Made by a program: the position numbers and the translations under genes. Under the pieces are notes generated by a model, which was given only the letters and a program-made list of their open reading frames with translations, was not told the DNA's origin and searched no databases. From a virus: a DNA stretch of 46,473 bases. Positions 1 through 7,335 of this stretch are shown in pieces. The stretch is from positions 1 through 46,473 of the IMG/VR virus record IMGVR_UViG_3300045988_102028; one strand, given 5' to 3'. Every line of letters starts with the position of its first letter. Position 1 is the stretch's first letter.

Positions 1-95
1 ATTTTTTTTGTGTCTATTTTTATAGATGGGAGCAAATTGTGTGAGCGACGTCAAAAAATTAGGAGTTACAGTAGTTTGCAACTCCTTGATTTTCA
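1..95. repeat. Terminal direct repeat; identical copy at 46379-46473, so the window is one circularly closed unit of 46,378 bp
   Basis: Direct reading: both copies run attttttttgtgtctattttta...actccttgattttca with no mismatch. Confidence 0.95.
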
Positions 96-99
96 ATAG

Positions 100-143
100 T
101 GGAGAATACGAGAGTCGAACTCGTGACCTCTTGCATGCCATGC
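100..143 (-). other. attP core candidate: 3' part of a tRNA-Ala(GGC)-like gene (anticodon loop, variable loop, T arm, acceptor 3' strand); the 5' half is absent
   Basis: Reverse complement reads GC-ATGGCAT-GCAAG-AGGTC-ACGAG-TTCGACT-CTCGT-ATTCTCC-A. T loop is TTCGAnT; U70 and A73 fit tRNA-Ala. Pairing is lost upstream of tRNA position 30. Lies about 130 nt from the integrase start. Confidence 0.65.
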
Positions 144-155
144 GTATTTTGTTGT

Positions 156-185
156 TTTTCATAGCTTTTCATAGCTTTTCATTTC
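156..185. repeat. Three tandem 10-bp repeats (ttttcatagc, ttttcatagc, ttttcatttc); candidate integrase arm-type sites
   Basis: Read directly between the tRNA fragment and the integrase gene. Confidence 0.45.
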
Positions 186-222
186 GTTTCCGGCGGCGCT
201 TGTCGGGGAATTTTCTTTTTCA

Positions 223-240
223 TATCTTTGCATAGCTTTG
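223..240 (+). promoter_or_regulatory. Candidate integrase promoter: two tandem -7 boxes TATCTTTG and TAGCTTTG
   Basis: Both match the Bacteroidota -7 consensus TAnnTTTG and lie 36-53 nt upstream of ATG 276; no clear -33 TTTG. Confidence 0.4.
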
Positions 241-275
241 CACGCAATAACCAAGCTGTGTGCAAATTTGGTGCA

Positions 276-1505
276 ATGAATAACCACTACTACGCAAAGG
301 ACGGTGTGACAGTCGCCACTATCCTCGATGCTCGACGAGCATTGACAAACGGCCAATACCCCGTGCGCATTCGGGTATCGTATCGTCGGGTACGCTCGTA
401 TTACCCCACTGGGAAGAGCATGACGCCCGAGGATTGGGAGCGGCTCAATGCAACACGTCTCCACTCGCTTGTATCCGTTCGCAAAGATATAGAAAATAGT
501 TTTGAGTTGGTCCGACAGGCTGTCGAGGATTTAACATCGAAAGGTTGTTTTACGCTTGAGTTGTTGAGCGCCCGCTTAAAAGGAGCCGGCGCTACTTCGG
601 TAAATGCGGCCATTCAAATTAAGGAGCAGGAATTGCGGAAAACATCCCACATAGGCACAGCGGATATTCTGCGTGCGTTGTTGCTATCAATAAATGCTTT
701 TTCAAAGCGGGATGTGCAATATATTGACGTTTCTATTTCATGGCTACGCCGATTCGAAGAGTTTATGCGCGCCTCGGGTAAGGGTCAAACGACTATTGCG
801 ATATATATGCGCGCCTTGCGGTCGATATTTAACCAAGCCCGGGCTATTGGCATTGTAAAGGAGGCGCAATATCCATTCGGTAGGGGTAAATACGAAATAC
901 AGGAGGGTGAGGGGCGCAAACTGGCCCTTACGTTGGAGCAAATAGGGATAATAGCCCGTTATGACGACGGATATGAAGCAACGGCAAAATACCGCGATTA
1001 TTGGCTGTTCATGTACCTATGCAATGGGATTAATGTCGCCGACTTCGTAAGACTTCGATATAGCGATATTGAAGATGGAGAAATAAGCTATGTGCGTAAA
1101 AAGACAGAGCATCGCACAAAGTCCCGGAAAGCTGTGCGAGCGGTAATTGTGCCTCAAATGCGGGATATTATATCACGATGGGGCAACAAAGAAAGCCCTG
1201 ATAGTTTTATATTTCCTATTCTTACGGGCAAAGAATCTATTGAGGAGCAGCGGCAAAAGGCAAAAGACCTAACAAGCTGCATAAATCGTAAATTTAGGTC
1301 TATTTCCAAAGCATTAGGGTTGCCTCCGGTTTCAACATATACGGCCCGCCATTCATTCGCTACCGTATTGAAGAGGTCCGGAGCAAGTATTGCTTATATT
1401 TCGGAAAGCCTCGGCCACACGGATTTGAAGACAACAGAAAATTATCTCGCCTCTTTTGAACGAGAAGAACGCGAGAAAAATGCCGCATTGCTGACGCGGT
1501 TTTGA
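276..1505 (+). CDS. int: Tyrosine recombinase / phage integrase
   Basis: ORF track 228..1505. Start moved to ATG 276 (MNNHYYAKDG) because 223-240 looks like the promoter. C-terminal catalytic signature ARHSFATVL...GHTDLKTTENYL; adjacent to the tRNA-fragment attP. Confidence 0.9.
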   Translation: MNNHYYAKDGVTVATILDARRALTNGQYPVRIRVSYRRVRSYYPTGKSMTPEDWERLNATRLHSLVSVRKDIENSFELVRQAVEDLTSKGCFTLELLSARLKGAGATSVNAAIQIKEQELRKTSHIGTADILRALLLSINAFSKRDVQYIDVSISWLRRFEEFMRASGKGQTTIAIYMRALRSIFNQARAIGIVKEAQYPFGRGKYEIQEGEGRKLALTLEQIGIIARYDDGYEATAKYRDYWLFMYLCNGINVADFVRLRYSDIEDGEISYVRKKTEHRTKSRKAVRAVIVPQMRDIISRWGNKESPDSFIFPILTGKESIEEQRQKAKDLTSCINRKFRSISKALGLPPVSTYTARHSFATVLKRSGASIAYISESLGHTDLKTTENYLASFEREEREKNAALLTRF

Positions 1506-1617
1506 TTACATTGCCTCCATCAGCCGCGCGATCACCAATGCGAACAGCGGCGCCGAACACTCGTTTATTTCGAGCTGCGACATCCAGTATGTCATTTCTT
1601 CATTCATAATAAAGTAG

Positions 1618-1647
1618 CGTCCCCGCAATTAATGCGAGGACGTTTTT
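1618..1647. terminator. Bidirectional hairpin terminator between convergent int and the 1648..2196 gene
   Basis: CGTCC-C-CGCA-ATTAA-TGCG-A-GGACG followed by TTTTT. Confidence 0.6.
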
Positions 1648-2196
1648 CTACGTCAGTTCATCTTCGAAATACTCTCGGATAAAGTGCTTCCGGTCCTTGT
1701 CGCATAGTTTCTCCACGGCTTTCCGGTAGCAGGATAGCGCCATTTTTTCGGACGGAATATCAGCCGGCGAAGCGTGCCCCATATCCTCGGCGATGCTCTT
1801 GGCGTGATCGCTGTATATCATTACAGCCGTAACCCATAGGGCATTGTCGTTGTAATACGGCTCCTTCTCGACCTCCCCGCCCAGCTTTTCCACGGTTTGC
1901 AGGAATGCGTCCTTGCTCCATTTTGCTCCGGTGCTCCCGTCTTGGTTTACGAGCTTTGCGGCGATCATCTTAGCCTCGGCGTCTGACAGATAATTATACC
2001 AGCATATCGCCTCTATCTTCCCAAGCCACATTTCGGCGATAGTCGGCGACGTTTCCGCGATTTTCCCGAATGCCCACATCTGGGCTCCCGCGAACACCTT
2101 TTCTGCGTGTTCATCGTCCATGCTGACCATCTTGTCATGTAGCCGCTCGTATCGTTCTTTCATTTCACTTGATGTCATATCTAACAGTTTTTGCAC
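1648..2196 (-). CDS. Hypothetical protein (182 aa; start may be the internal Met at 2178)
   Basis: Long ORF, last gene of the minus-strand operon, ends at the terminator; no recognisable motif. Confidence 0.6.
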   Translation of the reverse strand: MQKLLDMTSSEMKERYERLHDKMVSMDDEHAEKVFAGAQMWAFGKIAETSPTIAEMWLGKIEAICWYNYLSDAEAKMIAAKLVNQDGSTGAKWSKDAFLQTVEKLGGEVEKEPYYNDNALWVTAVMIYSDHAKSIAEDMGHASPADIPSEKMALSCYRKAVEKLCDKDRKHFIREYFEDELT

Positions 2197-2251
2197 GCCC
2201 TCACCCGCGGCAGCGGTTTATATACTCCCACGATATTTGGCGTATGGATTA

Positions 2252-2569
2252 TTACTGCCGGTTCGACCTTTTCTTTTGAGGACGTTGATCCGGGTTTCTT
2301 GTTGTTCTTTGCCATAATATTTCGTATAATTTCTCCGCACCATAATATGCGAATCCGACCCAATTAGCAATGTATGCCATAAATAGGGATAGCCCTACCG
2401 CACATAGTATGTTACATCCATTTATGAGCAGCACGAAGAGTGTGGCCCAGAACGAGAGGCATTTCGGGCATGCCATAACTTGGCTGCCGATCTGCGCGAT
2501 CTTCTCGGCCAGCCCGAGGTGCTGCGCAATGGTGGCGCATACCATAGTGAGCAGGGCTATCCACAGCAT
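2252..2569 (-). CDS. Small membrane protein (about 3 hydrophobic helices)
   Basis: 105-aa ORF with hydrophobic runs LWIALLTMVCATIA, FWATLFVLLINGC, VGLSLFMAYIANWVGF; 5-nt gap to the upstream gene. Confidence 0.55.
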   Translation of the reverse strand: MLWIALLTMVCATIAQHLGLAEKIAQIGSQVMACPKCLSFWATLFVLLINGCNILCAVGLSLFMAYIANWVGFAYYGAEKLYEILWQRTTRNPDQRPQKKRSNRQ

Positions 2570-2573
2570 ACCG

Positions 2574-3017
2574 CTACGCTGTTGGGGTTGCGGCCGTTGC
2601 CACCGTTACGGTGATCGGCGTCTCCGATACGAATGTCCGGCTGCACGGCTGGCATGCCGATGCCGCCACAGCATTCATTGCGGCCCCCTGCTCGATAGTT
2701 ACGGTGGGTGCCGACGCCGACTGAATGGGAATCGAGAAGTCCTGCGAAAGGGGCTGCTGCTTGGTGCATCCGCAACCGCCGTTACACGGGACGTAGGAGA
2801 TGATCCCCTCGACGTGGATGGTGGCCACATATCGCCCTGTTCCAACTTGGGACAACGATTTGAGCGAGAATTGCGGATTGAACACCGGAGTGTTGTCTGC
2901 GCACGTCGGATAGCAAAGACGTTGGGTGATGTTCACCTCATAAAAGTACGGCGAAGCCACCGATCCGGCTGCCAGAACGGGTGTAATAACAGCCGCTTGA
3001 ATTTTGTTACAGCTCAT
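2574..3017 (-). CDS. Cys-rich hypothetical protein (147 aa)
   Basis: ORF packed in the operon; motifs CNGGCGC and CQPC; no family recognised. Confidence 0.55.
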   Translation of the reverse strand: MSCNKIQAAVITPVLAAGSVASPYFYEVNITQRLCYPTCADNTPVFNPQFSLKSLSQVGTGRYVATIHVEGIISYVPCNGGCGCTKQQPLSQDFSIPIQSASAPTVTIEQGAAMNAVAASACQPCSRTFVSETPITVTVATAATPTA

Positions 3018-3028
3018 AAAATGAGTAA

Positions 3029-3256
3029 TTATTTAGTTTTGCCTCCTACTGTCTCTATTTTTTGATCCGCGCCGGAGGCATTAGGCTCGGAGGTAGGGTA
3101 TAGTGCATCGTATATCGCGTTTATTTTCGCCTCGAAGGCGTCTACGCGTCCGTGCAGCGTCACGATATTGTCGTTGGTTACCTGCACGCCAAACAGAATC
3201 TGTTCGAAAAGGTTCCGCGGTTGACGCGGTTCCTGGGGATTGGTGTTCTCGCTCAT
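3029..3256 (-). CDS. Hypothetical protein (75 aa)
   Basis: ORF in operon; 4-nt overlap with the upstream gene. Confidence 0.5.
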   Translation of the reverse strand: MSENTNPQEPRQPRNLFEQILFGVQVTNDNIVTLHGRVDAFEAKINAIYDALYPTSEPNASGADQKIETVGGKTK

Positions 3257-3444
3257 CGTTTCAGGAAGTTTTGGACGAAAAAGTTGTTCTTGTATTTTAA
3301 GAGCAGGTCTTTAAGTTTGGATGCCGTGACGAGTCCTCCGCGCTGGTAGTTCTCGTTTACGAAATCATAGGCCGCCTGCTGTACTTCCCGGGCTTCCTGC
3401 TCGGATTCGGCGTATATGTATACTTCGATCTTATAGGGTTGCAT
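3253..3444 (-). CDS. Hypothetical protein (63 aa)
   Basis: ORF in operon, tight spacing. Confidence 0.5.
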   Translation of the reverse strand: MQPYKIEVYIYAESEQEAREVQQAAYDFVNENYQRGGLVTASKLKDLLLKYKNNFFVQNFLKR

Positions 3445-3447
3445 GGC

Positions 3448-3801
3448 TTATAATTTCGGTAGTGGTGGAACATCTGCGACGGGAGCGGCAGCGCCCACGG
3501 CGCTTATTGGCTCTCCGCCTTTCATCGCTCTGAAAAGGTTGTAAGCGCCGATCAACTTGTCTTGGTTCGTGTCTGCCCATCCGAATAACTCTCCGATGGT
3601 TGATTTGGCCTGCTGGAGCATCGATGGTGGTACTGGGTCGAAATCGGGGACCTTCTCCATGTCTTTCATGTAGAAATCATACATCCGTTCCATCGTAGCT
3701 ATGTCGCCCTGATACATTTGCATTAGGGATCGTTTCAGGGCATCTTTGGAGGACGTGCGGATCATGTCCATGTTGTGATATTCTTTTCTGTTGAATAACA
3801 T
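3448..3801 (-). CDS. Hypothetical protein (117 aa)
   Basis: ORF in operon. Confidence 0.55.
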   Translation of the reverse strand: MLFNRKEYHNMDMIRTSSKDALKRSLMQMYQGDIATMERMYDFYMKDMEKVPDFDPVPPSMLQQAKSTIGELFGWADTNQDKLIGAYNLFRAMKGGEPISAVGAAAPVADVPPLPKL

Positions 3802-3857
3802 ATCGTAGCGGTTTTAAGGGTAAGGGTGGGACAGTTTCCCATCCCACCCCGCGGGCA

Positions 3858-4391
3858 TTAACCCTGGCACGTGTCGCACCCGCACGGCTGGGGAGCCGAA
3901 TAGCGGGCCACACGGAGGAAATTGCAACCTCCGATAGCCGAGTTAAGGCCGTTGCTGTTGTTGTTGATTGCATTGGCAAGTGCCATCGCTTCAGCAGCAG
4001 CCAGGGCGTTTGCACCTGCACCCGCGCCTGCACCCGCGCCTGCCCGGACATCGACGTACTGGCTGATCGTCGGTGCGTGGTTGTTCTGCCACGTTTCGCG
4101 CGACAGGCGATCCTGAAGCTGCGTCTGTGTGAGGATGTCGATGGACTTGGCATTGCCTGCGGCTGCATTTTCAGCAGCTTTGTACCGGGCCTTCGAAGCC
4201 TGATTCGCACCCCAGATACCGGCCAACGCCAACAGCAGGGCACCCCCGCCCAAACCTGCGGCCAGGCCGATGCCCGTTGCACCCATGCCGTCACGCCGAC
4301 GGACACAGCCATACTCGTCATAGCCACGACGGCCGTCTTTAGCATCGGCCCAAAGAGCGGCGTCTCCCTTGGTTAAATAATCACCTTCCAT
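3858..4391 (-). CDS. Membrane protein with a Gly/Ala repeat and a Cys-rich C-terminus (177 aa)
   Basis: Hydrophobic GIGLAAGLGGGALLLALAGIWG, (AG)x5 repeat, C-terminal PCGCDTCQG; first gene after promoter-like element C. Confidence 0.6.
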   Translation of the reverse strand: MEGDYLTKGDAALWADAKDGRRGYDEYGCVRRRDGMGATGIGLAAGLGGGALLLALAGIWGANQASKARYKAAENAAAGNAKSIDILTQTQLQDRLSRETWQNNHAPTISQYVDVRAGAGAGAGAGANALAAAEAMALANAINNNSNGLNSAIGGCNFLRVARYSAPQPCGCDTCQG

Positions 4392-4439
4392 GTATATACA
4401 TGTTTTCTTCGCCTCTTACCTCTTCGGCGATTGAGGTAG

Positions 4440-4490
4440 CCTTTGTATCATAGCTACAATGCAAAGGTGATCCGGTTCGGCATGATATTC
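4440..4490 (-). promoter_or_regulatory. Promoter-like element, copy C (ATTG-N20-CACCTTTG plus downstream hairpin)
   Basis: Minus strand reads ATTG AATATCATGCCGAACCGGAT CACCTTTG CAT TGTA-GCTATGA-TACA; same architecture as copies at about 11368-11430 and 24662-24724. Confidence 0.45.
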
Positions 4491-4806
4491 AATGCGATAG
4501 TTCGGAGTATATGCGCAGTTTGTTCGCAATCCGTTTTAACGTTATTTCGAATAAAGGTCCGCTTTGAGTGAGGCGATTATCGAATTGAGACAACATCTTT
4601 TCGACGCCCCGGCGGGAAAACTTCATCATGCGGGCGATCTCTCTGATATAGATGCCTTCGCGCTTTAGCAAATAGACGAGAATGTAACGGGCATCAACCG
4701 TTTCGGCCGTGCGACAACACGAAAGGATTTGCTCGGATGTCAATTCCGTTTCATTTGCAACAGTATTGAGTATTTTTGCAAAAATCTCTGTTTTACGTAT
4801 CTCCAT
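4489..4806 (-). CDS. DnaA C-terminal-domain-like helix-turn-helix protein
   Basis: SCCRTAETVDARYILVYLLKREGIYIREIARMMKFSRRGVEKM resembles the DnaA domain IV pattern (R..VDAR.I.MYL....S...IG..F.RDHSTV). Confidence 0.55.
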   Translation of the reverse strand: MEIRKTEIFAKILNTVANETELTSEQILSCCRTAETVDARYILVYLLKREGIYIREIARMMKFSRRGVEKMLSQFDNRLTQSGPLFEITLKRIANKLRIYSELSH

Positions 4807-4831
4807 ATCAAATATTTAGTTTAAATTTGAC

Positions 4832-4913
4832 ATACCACTAATGTAAAAAGCCATACGCCCGAATTAAGGAATAGTCCTCAATGCTCGGTGCGTATGGCAC
4901 ACATTAGTGGTAT
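4832..4913. other. Long imperfect hairpin (about 25 bp of pairing) downstream of the lysis cassette
   Basis: ATACCACTAATGT (4832-4844) pairs with ACATTAGTGGTAT (4901-4913). GCCATACGC (4850-4858) pairs with GCGTATGGC (4890-4898). On the minus strand the inner stem is followed by TTTTT. Confidence 0.6.
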
Positions 4914-5001
4914 AATGGAGAGGAGCGTTGGGGGCTTTTTTATGCTTACCCCCGAACAGCAAAAGCTAACATTGTTACATAGGCGACTTTTATTTATATG
5001 T

Positions 5002-5502
5002 TTACCAACTCCACAATATGACTCCTACTTGTACGCCTATCACTGGCTGTAATCCTTGGGGCGTGTATCCAGCACCTACCCCAGCTGTCACGGCGAACCG
5101 GCTGCGGGCATGCGTGATCTGAGTAATGGTCCGATTGTAGGTCTCGATCCAGTCCAGCCGGGGCGCAAGCGTTCCGACAACCGGGCCGACCACGCGGGCG
5201 TAGTAAGTCGAATCGTGGTATTCCAGTGTCCGAACCGGGACCTCTATCTGTACGCTGTCCGGACCATTGCCGACCGCAACAGTTTGCACGACCGTATCCG
5301 CCGGAGCAAATAGTATCCGCGGGACATTGATAGACACCAACCTGTCGGAATGTATGACTGGTTGCGGCCGTTCATAGAAGACCGTATCGATGCGTACCTC
5401 GGTGCGTATCTCCACCGAGGCTGCTCCCCGGCGGTATCCCCAGCGGAAAAGCAGCGCCCCGGCGACAAGCATAGCAAGCAGGTATAAGGTCAGGCGTTTC
5501 AT
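5002..5502 (-). CDS. Membrane-anchored protein at the end of the lysis cassette (spanin candidate)
   Basis: Start moved to MKRLTLYLLAMLVAGALLF (ATG 5502), giving an ATGA overlap with the endolysin stop; N-terminal TM helix. The 5' extension in the ORF track overlaps the endolysin. Confidence 0.5.
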   Translation of the reverse strand: MKRLTLYLLAMLVAGALLFRWGYRRGAASVEIRTEVRIDTVFYERPQPVIHSDRLVSINVPRILFAPADTVVQTVAVGNGPDSVQIEVPVRTLEYHDSTYYARVVGPVVGTLAPRLDWIETYNRTITQITHARSRFAVTAGVGAGYTPQGLQPVIGVQVGVILWSW

Positions 5503-6032
5503 AGGCCGTTCGCCTTTACGATACGCTCCACGGTGTCGATGATGGCTGCCATCACCTCGGCGTAGTCGGGAGCCGTGGCATACTTTGCCCCGGTGTTGTT
5601 CACCAACCGCCGGGCGAACTCCTTCGGATCGTCGCGGTAGGGCCATGCGTCGGCATAGCCCGGTTTTCGAAGGAGCGCGAGGTGGTTGTCGAGGCATTCA
5701 TCCAGCGACGCGAAATTCCGAAAAAGCCGATAGACACGATACCGGTACTTATTCGGCGCCACCCATTCGACCGACACGATCCGCTCCGGGGCTTTGAATT
5801 TCACATCCGGGGTCTTGAAATACTCCGTCGTCAGCTCCAGCGACACCGCTCCGGACCATCCGCTGCCCTTCGTGATGCCGAAGATGTTGTTGCCGATGCC
5901 TTTGATTTTCCACCCGGTTTCGAGTGCGGCCTGCGCCGTCACGAACAGCGGGTGCACCCCGCCGGACCGATACAGCCGGGCCGCCGCGGGGTAAATCGTC
6001 TTTACGAATTCGATCTGTTCTTTTCTTGCCAT
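5499..6032 (-). CDS. Endolysin, GH73 glucosaminidase (FlgJ-like) domain
   Basis: FVTAQAALETGWKIKGIGNNIFGITKG matches the AQAALESGWG...NNLFGIK glucosaminidase signature; lies beside holin-like genes. Confidence 0.8.
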   Translation of the reverse strand: MARKEQIEFVKTIYPAAARLYRSGGVHPLFVTAQAALETGWKIKGIGNNIFGITKGSGWSGAVSLELTTEYFKTPDVKFKAPERIVSVEWVAPNKYRYRVYRLFRNFASLDECLDNHLALLRKPGYADAWPYRDDPKEFARRLVNNTGAKYATAPDYAEVMAAIIDTVERIVKANGL

Positions 6033-6034
6033 GC

Positions 6035-6559
6035 TTAAATGTGTTTTTTAATTCCGCCGTCCAAATACTTCTTGGCCTCCTCGACCGTGACCTGCATCTT
6101 GCGGGCAACCTCTCCGGCCAGCACCTCACGGAAGATTCGCAGGAATCGCATCTTGGGGTTTACGATCAGCGCCGAGCCGCCCATGGACCACAGTTCCACC
6201 AGGCAGATCAGCGTACATATGGCGATCACCGCGAGCTGCGATTCCAGGTTGGCCATACGTTCGAGCAGCACGAATCCGACGATCACCGAAGCATACAGCG
6301 CCAGTTTCGAAAGCATGCCGTGCCGTCCCAACTCCGAGAGCGCGAAATGCCCGCGTTTGATCTGTGCGGCGATCCCCCAAACGGTATCGAGGGCCACGCA
6401 AATCACGACGGCGTTGATGGCCGTCTCGTATCCTACGAAGAAGTTCATGATAAAAATGCCTGCCGCAGCGGCCCAGCCGTAAACTGTTTGGAATATCTCA
6501 CCCAGTTTACAGCCGAGGTTGACGATTATTTCAGTCAGGCGGCTCATACTATTGGGCAA
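6035..6559 (-). CDS. Holin-like membrane protein (Phage_holin_4-like)
   Basis: 174 aa with 3-4 hydrophobic helices and a charged C-terminus, immediately upstream of the endolysin. Confidence 0.6.
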   Translation of the reverse strand: MPNSMSRLTEIIVNLGCKLGEIFQTVYGWAAAAGIFIMNFFVGYETAINAVVICVALDTVWGIAAQIKRGHFALSELGRHGMLSKLALYASVIVGFVLLERMANLESQLAVIAICTLICLVELWSMGGSALIVNPKMRFLRIFREVLAGEVARKMQVTVEEAKKYLDGGIKKHI

Positions 6560-6878
6560 TTAGGGCAATCACGACGAACTCCGCCCATATGACGGCCCCA
6601 CCCGCGAGTGTTGCGAGGATGTCCTGCATGTCGGCTTTCGGATCGATCCTGCGCTCCTTGAGAACGGCCGCTGTCATGACGGCGATCATCGATGCCAGCA
6701 AAGGCAGCCACCGCCCCCAACTGCCCAGGGGCATGGTCACGATCAGCACCGCCAAGGCAATGACCGCCCCGACTGCGAAGTGCTGGTACTTGTCCTTGGC
6801 AATGGCGTTGAGCCATCCGAAGGTATTCACGGCGGCGTCCTTCGCCCATCCGACGAGTTTATCGATAAGTCTTTTCAT
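6549..6878 (-). CDS. Small membrane protein (second holin or antiholin candidate)
   Basis: 109 aa, three hydrophobic segments, overlaps the holin start by 11 nt. Confidence 0.5.
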   Translation of the reverse strand: MKRLIDKLVGWAKDAAVNTFGWLNAIAKDKYQHFAVGAVIALAVLIVTMPLGSWGRWLPLLASMIAVMTAAVLKERRIDPKADMQDILATLAGGAVIWAEFVVIALIAQ

Positions 6879-6913
6879 AAATTTGCGGTATTTTGAGAGT
6901 TCGGCCCTGCTGG

Positions 6914-7327
6914 TTACTTATCCGGGAATCGCTCCCTGATCTCGGCCTTTTTAGCCAGGTATAACGCCTTCTGTTCGTCGGCTTCGAGTATCTTGCCCTC
7001 GGCCAGGTAGCCTTCGTAGGCCATCAGATACTGGTCCGCCTCGGCACGGTAGGCCTCCTCGCGGAGTTGTTTGGGGGTCAGCGTCGCCTCCGGTTCCGGG
7101 GCGTATTCCTCCCAGCCGACACGGATGCGGTCCGCCTCCTCGGTGTAGACCTCCCGGTAATGCCGAGTAGGGTCGGAGGGTTCCGGCTGCTCGTCGCAGA
7201 CAACCTCCTTGTAGCCCAGGAGGATCAGTTTGTCCGGCCGCGGGTTGCAGACCAGCCCTTCGGCGGTCCGGATTGCATTGGGGGCGTACTTCAGACGCCC
7301 GCCGATCAGTTTTGCGTAGTTATTCAT
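6914..7327 (-). CDS. Hypothetical protein (137 aa), possibly a tail-fibre accessory or assembly protein
   Basis: Lies directly after the fibre gene; acidic, coiled C-terminus; function inferred from position only. Confidence 0.5.
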   Translation of the reverse strand: MNNYAKLIGGRLKYAPNAIRTAEGLVCNPRPDKLILLGYKEVVCDEQPEPSDPTRHYREVYTEEADRIRVGWEEYAPEPEATLTPKQLREEAYRAEADQYLMAYEGYLAEGKILEADEQKALYLAKKAEIRERFPDK

Positions 7328-7335
7328 GTCTTCGG

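Noticed and set aside
1-95. The 95-bp end repeats might be attL/attR of an integrated prophage
   Set aside because: The repeat does not contain the tRNA-derived core, which lies just inside at 100-143 and occurs once. The DNA left of the core is identical to phage right-arm DNA, so the ends are a circular-permutation overlap.
5503-5697. An N-terminal extension of ORF 5002..5697 (231 aa)
   Set aside because: The extension overlaps the endolysin gene in another frame and is Arg/Pro-rich. The internal Met at 5502 gives a TM-anchored protein with an ATGA overlap to the endolysin stop.
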